64,000 bases of DNA, taken from the NCBI RefSeq assembly GCF_018350175.1, contig NC_058368.1, forward strand, positions 190,590,001 through 190,654,000, written 5' to 3'. The notes under the pieces were generated by a model. That model had not been told where the DNA came from, ran no database searches, and worked only from the letters and a program-made list of their open reading frames with translations. The stretch is from Felis catus. Its lineage: Eukaryota. Positions 36,396 through 48,990 of this stretch are shown here, piece after piece. The first letter of the stretch is position 1, and each line of letters starts with the position of its first letter. Both the position numbers and the translations under genes were made by a program.

Positions 36396-36830
36396 CCCAA
36401 GCAGACTCTGCACTGCCAGTGCAGAACCTGACATGGGGCTCAAACTCATGAACTGTGAGATCATGACCTGAGCCAAAATCAAGAGTCAGACGCTTAACCG
36501 ACTGAGCCACTCAGGCACCCCCTCCAATAGATAAAAAATATTAAGTTTATATTTTAATACCCTTTGAACATGTCCCTTCAAAATGCTCACTATACTGTGT
36601 CCATAAATATCAAACTACCATATCGTGATTCTTACCCAATCCTAACCAAGCTCCCCACATTGAAATTCATACTTAAAAGTAGACATTAGGTAACATAAAT
36701 GTTTCCACTTTGTTTTTCCCAACTAGTGAGGATATGAAGACTCTTTCAAGGTAGTACTCTTCTTTCCCACAGTAAGAAGAAACTCAGTTTTGTCTTAGGT
36801 TGTTTGGGAGATATTTGGGGGGGAGCCACT
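36030..36830 (+). mobile_element. Old ERV1-class LTR relic (MER110-like), SINE-interrupted
   Basis: 'cttacccaatcctaaccaagctccccacattgaaa...aagactctttcaaggtag...aactcagttttgtctt...gatatttgggg'. Confidence 0.45.
36280..36521 (-). mobile_element. Can-SINE with long (AG)n
   Basis: TSD ctccaataga at 36261 and 36522. Confidence 0.96.
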
Positions 36831-36879
36831 CTATATGACAATGTCAACAGCTACTGAGCTATGTAATTTTAAGTTCGGG

Positions 36880-37362
36880 TGAATACAACCAACATTTTAT
36901 GGATGATGTTTATGTGTAATCACTTAGAACTTCAGTGGAAGGGCTCAAACGATGAGTAAGACAAATCTCCTGTTCTCTGAATCCTCACAAAGTAATGGAG
37001 GCATAAAAGCAAGTAAGTGCCATAATAAAGTAAGTAATATCTTCAAGATAGTTTTGAGGGAAAGAATTAACTAGGGTGTCTCCAAAAGCTTCTGGAGGGT
37101 GCTGTGTTTGAATTTTGTGTTAAAACAAGGCTAATATGTCAAAAGGGGAATGGGTATGGGGGAAAGCATCAATAGTGAAGAAATAGCATGAACCAAGGGC
37201 AAAGAAGTAGAAAAGATCCAAGTTTGTGCCCAAAATGCCAGTAGACACATGAAGCTGGTATGAATAGTGAGGAAGGAGGCTGAAAAGTTGGATACAGATC
37301 AAAGCATTATGTACTTGGAATACCAAAAGAGAGTTCTGGATTTTATTCTGTGTACAGTGAGT
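36880..37362 (-). mobile_element. L2 fragment
   Basis: 'gatgagtaagacaaatctcctgttctc', 'gagttctggattttattctg'. Confidence 0.55.
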
Positions 37363-37369
37363 ACACAGA

Positions 37370-37391
37370 TTTAATTTTTATATTTTTAAAT

Positions 37392-37438
<47 letters not shown>

Positions 37439-37668
37439 ATTTGTTTGTTTGTTTGTTTGTTTGTTTTGAGAGAGGCAGAGACAGCACTAGTGGAGGAGGG
37501 GCAGAGAGAGAATCCCAAGCAGGCTTGATGCTGTCCAAGCAGAGCCTGATGGGGGCAGGGGTGAGGAGGGTAGGGGTGGAGCTCAGTCAGTCTCACGAAT
37601 CCATGAGATCATGACCTGAGCCAGAATCAAGAGTCAGGCAGTTAACTGACTGAGTCACCCAGGCGCCC
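37370..37668 (-). mobile_element. Can-SINE with (TTTC)n(TTTG)n tail and a G-rich insertion
   Basis: Head 'gactgagtcacccaggcgccc'; tetranucleotide tail at ~37391-37466. Confidence 0.93.
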
Positions 37669-38249
37669 AGAGTAGCCTCTATCTCACCAACTCTGTTTCC
37701 TTAATCGAATATCCTTTAAGATCTGTCATATCGCTCCACAGCTTGCTCTTGTTCAGCTTCTCATCTTACTCTGTAGGTATGGCAGTGCTATTAGATGTCT
37801 TACTCCCTGTTGTCCCCTGTCCCCTTGCTTCCTGCCTGAGACCCTTGGCCCTGCCCCAGGGCCCCCTGCCTCTCTTGCCCTCACTCATGGTTTTTCGTAA
37901 TCGCCTTCTATATATGTGTTGTCTTCTTTCTTTTCTACCACAGCTAGTCTTTCTCTGCAGGGCAATGAAGATGGCATCTTATGTCCAGACACAGGACCGA
38001 AGGGCAAGACCTCTTTTTTTTCCCCCCCCTGCCACTTCAAATTGAAGAATCCCATGGATGGACTATGGTTGGCCAGTCTTGGCTTTTATGTCTGCTCATG
38101 TCTGGATTGATCATGCTGGCCAGGGGTGTGAGTGCTAATAGTAGCAAGACTTTCCTTCCTTCCTGTGGCTGGCAACCCTTTCAGAACCATAGAGAAATAG
38201 GCACCAACGTTGGACAAAAGAGAAACAATTCATGTTCACTCTGTGATTA

Positions 38250-38370
38250 TTATAGTTCCATTTTATGCATGAAGAAACTGAGACCCAAGATATTAAATAA
38301 GTTTCCTAGTCGTAACCTGTCCAGTGTGAACTAACCTCAAACCCATTTCTTAATCTCTGTGTGATGCCCT
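38250..38370 (-). mobile_element. MIR
   Basis: Core 'ccattttatgcatgaagaaactgagaccca'. Confidence 0.75.
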
Positions 38371-38452
38371 CATTTTCTTACCAGTTTCAAATGACCAGTC
38401 TGCTGCAGTCTCTATGCAAATGTAACCAGGGATTTTGGAGAGTATTTTAATT

Positions 38453-38638
38453 CGTTTATATGGCTTATTTTTGAGAGAAAGGACAAGCAGGGGAGGGGCA
38501 GAGAGGAGGGACGAAGGATCTAATGCAGGCTCCCCACTGATAGCAGAGACCCTGACGCAGGACCCGAATCTGCAAACTGGGAGATCATGACCTGAGCTGA
38601 AGTCAGTTACTTAATAGTCTGAGCCACCCAGATGCCCA
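38453..38638 (-). mobile_element. Can-SINE
   Basis: 16-bp TSD ggagagtattttaatt at 38437 and 38639. Confidence 0.93.
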
Positions 38639-40659
38639 GGAGAGTATTTTAATTATGATAGTTTATCTAGTCTGCCCCCCTCCGACTCCCTTCCTTCCAC
38701 TTGCTTGTTTCCTTTCTCGTTTTCTATGTTCCTAAGAAAATAGCTGAGGAGAGAGAACACAATTCTTACCTAATTACATTCTTCAGTTTACCTTTCTTTT
38801 TTTTTTTTAAAGAATAACATTTGAACATTTGTTAAGTGCTGAATGTCTTAACAGTGAAGTATCCACCTGCCCGGGAGCCAGGGTCTACCTGGGAAGCTTA
38901 GTGAGAGATTCTATGAAGATCAGACAAGAAAATGATTCTGTTTAAAGGAAGAGAGAGCAATGCCAGGGGCTGAGCATTCTAATGTCTAAGTAAATAAGCA
39001 GCATATCATATTTTTGATCAAGATTAAAATGTGAAGCGGATGCGCCATGTGTCAGAACAGAAGAGAAAATATCAGTTCACATCTGAGAGCTAGAGAAAAG
39101 CACCTTTAGTAAATGATAATTTCTTTTTATGTTAGAGAAGTGGTGAATTGCCGTTCTTCATTTTAATGTGTCTTTAATGGATTTATATCTAAATATAAAA
39201 GGAATAAACGCACATTTGAAAAAGTTTGGGTAAGTATAAAACAGTGAATTAGAAGTAAGAAACACTAAGCTTGAGGGATCTTTCTAGGCCTTTTTTTTTC
39301 CTATTGTGTGTGTTTACATGGTTCAAAACATGCTACTGTGTTAATTTTTCATTCTATATTTTTCAGTTAACATAAAATTGTAAGATTTGCTACTGTGTCC
39401 TGCCATTCACATTCTTAGAAAACATAGTTTTTAATTACTATGTAGACTATTGTATTTTGGTTGTACTATGATAATTTATTATTTTTCCGACGCTGGACCT
39501 TGATGTGGTTTTAAGCTTTTTCTCAGCCTCTTAAGGACTAAATCTGGTGCCTTTGCCCTTTGAGTTACTGTTCTACCTCCCACTTCTATGATATGAATGT
39601 ATAATGGACATGAAGCCTAAAATTCAGCCTTATGAAGAATATTTGTAAAATGTTAAATCAATCTAGTTCCAACTCAAGGACCATGTTCATCTAGGGCTGA
39701 CAGAAACAGGGAAAGTTGAGAATCGAGACATTCTTGAGGCAGGAAAACTTTGTTTTAAAAAAAAAAACACTTCTTTGAAACATTGCAAACTTTTATTTAA
39801 AGGTCAGGAGCTTACATAACAAATACCCATTCAGATTTACCAAACCTTAACATTTTCTTACATTTGCTTTAGCTCTTTGGTTTGTTTGTTTAAGAAACCA
39901 AACCATACAAATACAGTCTGAGCTCAATTTTTCCCCTTTCCCAGAAAATAACCACAATCCTAAAGTTGGTAAGAATTCTTCCTGTCCATCTACTCATATA
40001 TATTCTTTTTACTTCTTTTTTTTTTCAGATATGCAGGTATTCACAAATGATAAATAGTATTCTTTTGTGGATTTAAATTTTTTTTATTTCAGTGTTGTCA
40101 GGTTGTATGTATCAACCTTATGTTTTACTCCAGATTATGTTTTGGGATGTTTAACTGAGACTCTGTTACTTTAACTACTGTGTGATATCCTTATTATTAT
40201 ATAAAATACTATAATCTATTTACCCATTGTCTTACTGAGGGGTAGCTTTTCTCCTCTTTTGTTTTTCTGTGACAAATCGGTGCTTGGTAACTATCTTCCT
40301 GCATGTCTCATTTTGATATGTGCGTTTTTCTCCTGGGTGCAGACCTCCAAGTGGGTTTGCTGTGTTAAAGGACGCACAGCCCTGCAAACTGGCTGTCTAC
40401 TGCTGGACCTTTTCCCATAGTGACAGTAGCCTATTACTTCCTACTGCCCTTGTACGACGACTACCATTTTTCCTCATCCTTGTTCACACTTCGCGTTGGC
40501 AGATTTCCCGTTTCTAGCCAATCTGAGGGGGATGCTGTGCTATTTATTTGAAAATTAAATTTGCATTTACTTTATTACTGGTGTTACTGGTGTCACGGAT
40601 CATCTTGCCCTCAACCTTTTTTTTTTTTCCTTTCCTGTTGTATTGTCTGTCATTTACTT

Positions 40660-40878
40660 AAAAAAATATTTTCTTAGTGTCCATTTTATTTTTGAGAGAG
40701 ACACAGTGTGAGTGGGGGAGGGGCAGAGAGAGAGAGAGGGAGACCCAGAATCCAAAGCAGGCTCCAGGCTCCGAGCTGGCAGCAAAGAGCCCGACACAGG
40801 GCTCAAACTCACCAACCAGTGAGATCATGACCTGAGCCGAAGTTGGCCACTTAACTGACTGAGCCACCCAGGTGCCCC
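40660..40878 (-). mobile_element. Can-SINE
   Basis: Typical body; degenerate TSD ctgtcat..actt. Confidence 0.94.
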
Positions 40879-42084
40879 TGTCATGCACTTTTTAACTTAT
40901 AGGGCCTTCATAAATTCTTTGCCGGGTAAAGACTTTTTAATATCTTTTTTGTTTCAGTTTGTGGCTTGTCTTTTTAGTTTATTTATGGAATTATTTGTTG
41001 TATAGAAGTTTTAATTTTTAAATGAATCAACTTGAGTTTTTTTCTTATTGTTAACATTAAGAAATCTTTTTTATTCTGTGTAAAAGAAAACGTATTCCTA
41101 TAGTTTCTGCTAAGTATTTTAAGGTTTGCTGCTCCCATTTAGATCTTCATCTCTTGAAAGTATATTTCATAAATTTTCTGAGGCATAAATTTAACTTTAT
41201 TTAATACTTTAATATAGGAAACAATGTTCCCATTATCATTTATTGAATACTAGACACTTTTTCCTACCACTTTGAAATGCCACTTCTGTCATACACCCAG
41301 TTTTCCATATACGTGTGCATTTGCTTCTGGGAAAAACAGAAAATTCTCTTCCACTGGTATATTTTTCTATCTCTGCTTCCATCCAGCACTATTTTAATCA
41401 CTGCAGCTTTATAGTGACTCCTGCTATCTGGTAGGTAGACTTCTACCTTATTATTCTTCAAAATTGTTTCAGATATTTTTGGCCCATTAATCTTCTATAA
41501 ATTTTAGTATCAGCTTGTCAAGTTCCATGAGAGCTCCAGGACTTTTATCAAAATTGTATTAAGAAATAATAGATTACTTTGGGGAAAATCGACATTTTTG
41601 TGATATTGAATCTGCTCATGTAAAAGCATGGAATATCTCTCCATGTATTCAAGATTCTTCTGTTCTACAGTAACATTTGGTAATTTCCTTTAGGTAGAAT
41701 TTATGCATTTTTGGTTAGATGTATATTTAAGTACTTGACAAATTTCATTATTAGGTTAAATGGGATAGTTCATCCTATTATCTTTTCTAATTGTCTGTTG
41801 CTAATGTGTAGGACACTATTCACTTTATTTTGAAATCATGTGTCCAGGAAGTTTGCTGTATTCTCATTAACTTTATTGCAAAGGACTGTAGCATTTTAAA
41901 ATTAACTATAAATTACTTTTCTGAATCTATCAGATGATCAAATGTATGTTCTCTCTCTTTCAGTTACTGTGACAAGTTACAGTGATATCTTTTTAAATGT
42001 TAAAACATCTTTTCATACCTGGAATAAACTCTATTTGATGCTGGATATATTTGCTTTTTTATGTGTCACTAGATTCGATTTGCA

Positions 42085-43130
42085 TTTTGTTTACTGTGGT
42101 GCAATTTATGTAATGTCATTCACCATCTTAACAATTTCAAAATGTAAAATTCAGCAGTGTTTAATACACTCACAGTGTTGTGCAATTATCACCACTGTCT
42201 AGTCCCAGAGCATTGTTACCACTACAAAAGGAAATCCTGTACCCATTAAGCAATCACTTCCTATTCCCCCTTGTCTCTAGGCCCTGGCAATCATTAATCT
42301 ACTTTCCATCTCTATGGATTTGTCTATCTGGACATTTCGTATAAATGGAATCATAGAGTAAGTGGTCCTTTGTATCTGGCTTCTTTCACTGAGCAAGATT
42401 CATTCACATTGTAGCATGTGTAAGTACTTTTTATGGGCACATGCATATATACATGCATATACCCAATTTTGTTTCTCCATTCATCAGTTGAAAGACCCTT
42501 GGGTTATTTCCATCTTTTGTGAATAGTGCTGCTGTGAATTGTTTGTGTACAGGTTTTATTTGAGCAACTGCCTTTAATTCTGGTGGATATATATCTAGGG
42601 GTAGAATTACATAGTCATATGGTAATTATATATTTAATGGGTTGGGGGAACCACCAAATCATTTTCCACAGTGGTGGCACCATTTTATATTCCCATGAGC
42701 AATGTAACAGGGTAAGAATTCCTCCACATCCTTACCAACACATGCGCTTTCTATTTCTTTGGTCATAGCCATTCTAGTGGGTATGAGGTGATACCTCTTT
42801 GTGGTTTTTATTTGCATATCCTTAATGACTATGATGTTGAGCATCTTTTCATGTGCTTCTTGGCCATTTGATTATTTTCTTTGGAGAAATGTCTATTCAA
42901 ATGTTTATCCTTTTTTAAATTGGGTTGGTGATTTGTTGTTTTTGAACTGTGTTTTTAAATATATTCTGGATACTAGATTCTTATTGATATATGATTTAGA
43001 AATATTTTTACCCATCTTGGGAGTTGTCTTATTCCTTTCTTGATAATGTCCTTTGCATAACTAGTTTTTGTGATGAGGTTCAACTTATCTATTTTCTTTT
43101 GTTACTTGTACTTTTGGTGTCATAGGATTA
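42085..43130 (-). mobile_element. L1MB-like 3' end nested in the older L1
   Basis: 3' UTR 'gtacccattaagcaatcacttcc'; ORF 42659-42844 (MQIKTTKRYHLIPTRMA) matches the L1 ORF2 C-terminus. Confidence 0.85.
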
Positions 43131-43849
43131 CAGATACTTTGCTAAGAATTTTGCATTTATCATCATGAGAAATGAAAGTTATATTTTGGAAACAAAGTTG
43201 TGCTGGCATTACAAAAAGGATAGCTTCCTCTCTTTACTATTTTCTAGAAAGTTTTGCAAAAGATTAGAATTATTTCTTCCTTATATGTTTAAAAGAATTC
43301 AGTGATGAAAACCTGTGGGCCTTGAGTGTTCTTGGTGGGAAGTTTACAATAATGGGTTCAATTTCTTTAAGCAGTACTAAATTACTCAGAATTTATATTT
43401 CCTTTGGTCAGCTTTGGTAAACTGCTTTTTGAGGAATTTTCCATTTCATCCAGATAGTCAATTTATTAGTATAAAGTCATTCATAATATCCTCTTGTTAA
43501 CATTTTTATATTTGTAGATTCTGTAGTAATAACCTCACTTGACTTTAAATATTGTTAATTTGTGTTTTCCCTCTTTATTCCCTTAATTTTATAAATTATT
43601 ATCAATTTATTACTCTCTTCATATTAATCTTTTCATAAGAGCAATTGTCCAGGTATTGTTTCTATGCATATTTGTATTCTATTTCATTGATTTCTGTTTT
43701 TATTTCTTAGCTTTGATTTGCTGTTCTAGCTTCTTGTGGCAGATGTTTAGGTATTTAGATTTTGGGTGTTTTTTTTTTTGTAAAGTATGAACTTAAGGTT
43801 ACAAATTTTCGCATAAACACTGTTTTAGCTGTATCCACGCACCCAAACT

Positions 43850-44720
43850 TTAAAAATAACAGCTTTGTTTAGAGATAATTCGCATACCAAAAATTTGTTT
43901 TTTGAAGTGTACAATTTGGTAGTTTGGTATATTCACAGGGTTGTGCCACCATCACCACCATCTGATTCCAGAACATTTTCATCACCCCATGGAGAAACTC
44001 CATATCCGTTAGCAGTCACTCTCCATTCTCCCCATTCCTAGCCCCTGTCAATCACTAATCTGCTTTATGTTTCTATAGAGTTGCCTATTCTGTACATTTC
44101 ATATAAATGGCATCATGTGATATGTGACCTTTTGTGTCTGGCTTTTTTCATTTCACAGATTTTTTCTCAAGGTTCATCCATGTTGTAGCATGTATCAGTA
44201 AAACATTCCTTTTTCATTACCAAACAAATAATATTCCATTATAGTATGAATATTGTTGATACCACATTAATTTTACCCATTGACCAGTTGATGGACAATT
44301 GGTTTGATTCTACTTTTTTGTCTATTAGAATAATGTTGCTATGAAAACTGGTGTAACAATTTTTGTGTAGGCATATGTTTTTATTTCTCTTGGGTATTCA
44401 CTTCCAAGTGAAATGGCTAGGTTAAATGGTAACTCTGTTTAATATTTTGAGAGAACTGCCAAAGTATTTTCCAAAGTGCCATCGCAGCAACAATGCTATG
44501 AGGGTTCTAATTTCTCCATATCCTCACTAACACTTGCTATTGTCTTGTCTATTATAACCATTTTATTGGGTGTAAAATGGTATCTCTTGCTTTTGAGTTA
44601 CATTTCCCTAATGACTAACGCTATTGAACATCTTTCAAGTGCTTGCTGGTTACTTTTATATCCTGCTCAGAGGAATACTTGTTTTAAACCTTTAGCCAGT
44701 TTGTAACTGGGAAATTTATC
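43850..44720 (-). mobile_element. L1MB-like 3' end
   Basis: 'attccagaacattttcatcacccca...cgttagcagtcactctcc', 'aggttcatccatgttgtagcatgtatcag'. Confidence 0.85.
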
Positions 44721-46111
44721 CTCTGTTCTTTATTTCCTACCTTTTTGCCTGCCTTCCTCCTCCTAGGGTAACCTTTCGTCTATGAGATCATCATTTGGTA
44801 GTTTTCCCAGAGGTCTTCTAGAGGGTTTCCCATCTTCTTAGTCATTATGTATGTAAAATTTTGTGTTAATGTTTTTTCTGCTTTATCTCTAATGGCAGTT
44901 TAACTCTGTAAACAATTTTATCTTGATAATTGTGTTCAGCCAGCACTCTATGTGATATAAGCTGATGGTGTTTATTGTTATCTCTTTGTGCATTGTAACC
45001 TTTTTTATGTTTATCAGATAGGGTTTTTTTTCTCTTCATACACAATTTCTGCTGTTTTATTTAAATATGTCTACATATGAATTTTTTTATCCTGCTCAGT
45101 ACTCTGCATGTTGAAATTGAGAATTCTTGCTTATCTTTTATTCTAGAAAACATTTAGTGTGTATATTTTTGAATATTCCTTCTCTAACATCCTCTTCTAT
45201 CCTTCTGCCACTCCAATCAGACATATATGGGTACCTCTAATGTACCTAAGTCGTTCTGTCTCTTCTTAATTCTTTAAGAATGATTATTCCTTTTTCATGC
45301 ACTCTAGCTGCATTCTTTAATACTTTTGTCAAATTTACTGACTCTGTTTTTGACTGTGTCCATTCTGGAGTTTATCTGTTCCATTGACTTTACTTCATGA
45401 CTACTTTTTATTTACGAAAGTTACACCTGATACTTTCATATATACAGATAACTTTTCTTTTTGCTTCATATGTCTTGTTCCATTTTAAAGATATTTTTAT
45501 TTTGAGGATCTTATCATTACTTATTTTGAAGTCTTTTTCAGACTATTCTATAATATTAATTCATCTGAATTGAATTTTGTAAGTTTTTGATTTATTGTTT
45601 GCCTATCTTCCTATTAGTTTCTGTCATATGTTTTAGAGATTTTTTTTTCCCCCTCAGCTTGAGATTTTTGTTTTGGTGATTTTCTCTGACTGAAATGATT
45701 TTTTTTTTCTTTTAATCGTAGTTTCTCTAGGACCTATAAAGGTTTTTAGTCCAGAGCAACATCAAGGAAATTCTGGATACTTCTAGGTACTGGTAATGAG
45801 GCAGTATCTAATCTTTTTAAGCTATAGAAAGGAAGTTTCTCATTACCTATTATGCAGATAGCAGTCAACTGCAGGCTTTTCTCCTCTCCTTTACCCTTCC
45901 TGTCCTAAGTTTTAAGCAGTGAGCTTATGGCCCTCAGGCAACCTCTGTCTCTCTGGTCCTGGGCCTCAGCAGTCCTAAAGTGTTAATTTTATATGCTTTG
46001 CATTTTCATTAGTTTCTGCTTTACACTATTTGTCTTGTTTTAGAGATCATTTTATAACTTTTCATATATTTACTTATATTTAATTTTGATAGGTGTTTAA
46101 ATCAAAGTGTA

Positions 46112-46564
46112 GGGGCACCTGGGTGGCTTATTTGGTTAAGCATCTGGCTGCTGATTTCGGCTCAGGTCATGATCTCCCAGTTCCTGAGATTGAACCCCAC
46201 ATCGGGCTCTGCACTGACAACGCAGATCCTCCTTAGGATTCTCTCTCCCGTCTCTCTCTCTGCCCTTCCCCTTGCTCATGCTCTCTCTCCCTCTCTCTCT
46301 CTCTCCCTCAAAATTAATAAACTTAGGGGCGCCTGGGTGGCTCAGTCGGTTGAGCGGCCAACTTCGGCTCAGGTCATGATCTCACAGTCCGTGAGTTCGA
46401 GCCCCGCGTCAGGCTCTGGGCTGGCCGCTCAGAGCCTAAAGCCTGTTTCAGATTCTGTGTCTCCCTCTCTCTCTGACCCTCCCCTGTTCATGCTCTGTCT
46501 CTCTCTGTCTCAAAAATAAATAAACGTTAAATTTTTTTTTAAATTAATAAACTTAAAAAAAAAT
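46112..46564 (+). mobile_element. Can-SINE (outer) with a nested SINE in its tail
   Basis: Head at 46112; flanking aaagtgt at 46104 and 46565. Confidence 0.92.
46326..46540 (+). mobile_element. Can-SINE nested in the A-rich tail of the previous SINE
   Basis: Perfect 15-bp TSD aaattaataaactta at 46311 and 46541. Confidence 0.96.
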
Positions 46565-47059
46565 AAAGTGTGGGCCTTAACATGTAAGCTTATTTATTAC
46601 ATCACCTTGACTGGATTTTGAAGCAACAGGAATCTCTCCTAAGTTGGGGATTCTTTTCCCTGGGATCCAACCTCATTTGGTAATTCATGATATGCCATAT
46701 CTTGGCTTCTAAAATTTTAGCCCTTCCTTGGCATGGTGTAGGATGTAATGTCTGCGACTACAAGTGGCCTCTGACTTCTGTCCCTTTCTGATTAACCTTA
46801 TAGGATCCCTATACTCTCCTTTCTTGTCAGTCTCAAAGGCACTCCCTGTATCCTTCAGTTCTTTCATTATAGTCCTTGATGGTTGATTAAAGAAGCCATT
46901 CTTAGCACCTAAAAAAATGTACTCCTGAGGACAGATTAATATTCACACCCTCCTGGCAGGTGAAAGGCAATAATTACATTCCATATGTCTAATCACAGAA
47001 GAAAATGAAGAAGAACAAAGCACTAAGTGTTCAGTCTTCCTAAGTAATGAAACTAATGA

Positions 47060-47370
47060 TGTGCCACACTTTTCTAAGAACTTTGTTTCCTCTGCTGAAT
47101 ATTTTTCCTTTATGTGCCTGACTTTCCATTAAATCTCACCTCAGATGTCATGTCCTCAGGGAAGGGGTTAATAATTCAATTAACTGTACTTTTCAGTGTC
47201 TGGAAATTATCTTGATTGTTATTATATTCCTGTATTGTCCCTTCCTACTAGATTGGAAACTCCATGACAGAGGAGGCATGTCTGCCTTGTTGTTTCTTAT
47301 GATCTCCGAATACCTAAAAACATGTGCAGCACTCAGCATGTATTCATTAAATACTTGGCCAATGAACAAG
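47060..47370 (+). mobile_element. L2 3' terminus
   Basis: 'ctagattggaaactccatgacagaggaggcatgtctgccttgtt...cattaaatacttggccaatgaa'. Confidence 0.75.
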
Positions 47371-47793
47371 TGGATTAGTTTTGTCCATGATTCAGAGCTG
47401 GTCACTCTGATGATAGTTTACAGAGCACTGTGTGACATCACCAGATGTGAAGGTTAGTGGAGATTATTCATCTGACACCTTTATTTTATAGAGGAAAGAG
47501 CTGAGGCTTAAGGCGTAACATACTTACCCAACTTGTGGCTGGAAAGAAAATGAAGTTGATTTTCTTTTATCCATGCTATATCAACAGATTCTGAAAGTAG
47601 GGTTGGAGCCCCTGCTGAATGCTGGTGCTCAGCAAATATAGATGCACTGACTAGATTCTAGATTGACCTCTGTTACTTTTACATATGTAAATTTGGATAG
47701 TCAATTAAGTCTTTGTGGGACTCAGTTTCTCTATTTGCAAGATGATATGTGTCTTATTTTATAGGGTTACTGTGATAATTTAGTGGGATAATT

Positions 47794-47996
47794 AAAAAAA
47801 ATAATGTTTATTTTTGAGAGAGAGAGGAAGAAAAGTGGGGGAGGGGCAGAGAGAGAGGGAGACACAGAATCTGAAGCAGGGTCCAGGCTCTGAGCTGTCT
47901 GCACAGAGCCCAATGTCGGGCTTGAGCTCATGAACCATGATATCTTGACCTGACCTGAAGATAGACACTTAAGCAACTGAGCCACCCAGGCACCCC
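47794..47996 (-). mobile_element. Can-SINE inserted at the end of a MIR fragment (~47650-47790)
   Basis: Typical body; TSD agtgg(g/a)ataatt. Confidence 0.94.
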
Positions 47997-48599
47997 TAAG
48001 TGGAATAATTTTAAAGGATTATTTGGCAATCCATGTGGTGATCCTGCTTGGCAGTCGCAGAAAGAAAAGGAAGCATAAAAGGAAGGTCACTGCCCTTGTG
48101 CCAACTGCACTTATTATGAAGACAGAGAGATTGATGTTCAAGAGTTGTGGCAAGAGACATAAGACCTAAAGAAAGGCTTAGCAGGCAAAGAGAAAATATG
48201 AATAGAGGCTGGTGATATAAACTCACCATCATGGCAGGAAGAGTTGGAGAGTGGGCCCCTTTCTGTTTCTCTGTGAAAATAGTTTTGTAACTATCAGAAT
48301 CATGATAGAACTGCCAGAGGAATGAAACCAGTAATGCAAAATTTTTATGTCAGATATCTGTCTAGGATGCTGTGAAATCACCAAATTTTCATCAAAATGG
48401 AAAAAGAAAGGAATTCTGAGTGCTTTGGTTTAATTTATCTAACATTCATTGGTAATAGTTCATGTTTCCCTGAGTCTGGTGGATGTCATGGGGCAGTCTG
48501 GGTACCTGAGTCAGATGGGGATCTGGAAAGAATAGGATGGGTCAGTGGATGCTGAGTAGGCCAACCATCATGGTCTTCTATAGCATGGATTAACGACTG

Positions 48600-48990
48600 G
48601 ATAGTTTCAAAATGGAGAAATAACTACTGGAAAATGTCCTGATTTGACCACTAGGAAGTCAATGGCAACCTTTTTAGAGAGCAGCATCATATTAGAGGAA
48701 AGAGCAAAATTTAGATTGGAGGATATTTGTAAGTGTGCAAACTGAAGAAAAGAGTATAGACTGTTTTCAAGAATGTGAGTGGTGAATTTTCTTGAGGTGT
48801 GCAGAGTTGAGAGAACACTTTTGTTACAAGGAAGATTTGTTGGTAACAAAATATGGCAAAATCTAGGGGGAAAAAGAGGTTCAAGGAAACAGAAAATGTT
48901 TCTTCAAGGAAGAGAGTAAGATACACATGCAATGCTAATGAAGACTAAAGAAAAAACTTGAGTGGGGAAAGTTGAAGGTATCAGGAACCC
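48600..48990 (-). mobile_element. L2 fragment
   Basis: 'gatttgaccactaggaagtcaatggcaaccttt...gagtatagactgttttcaagaa'. Confidence 0.55.

Larger units (their letters stand above)
39770..45700 (-). mobile_element. Ancient L1M relic with nested insertions
   Basis: ORF 41264-41461 (LPDSRSHYKAAVIKIV...QWKRI) is a degenerate L1 ORF2 motif; antisense L1-like sequence throughout; ends approximate. Confidence 0.7.
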
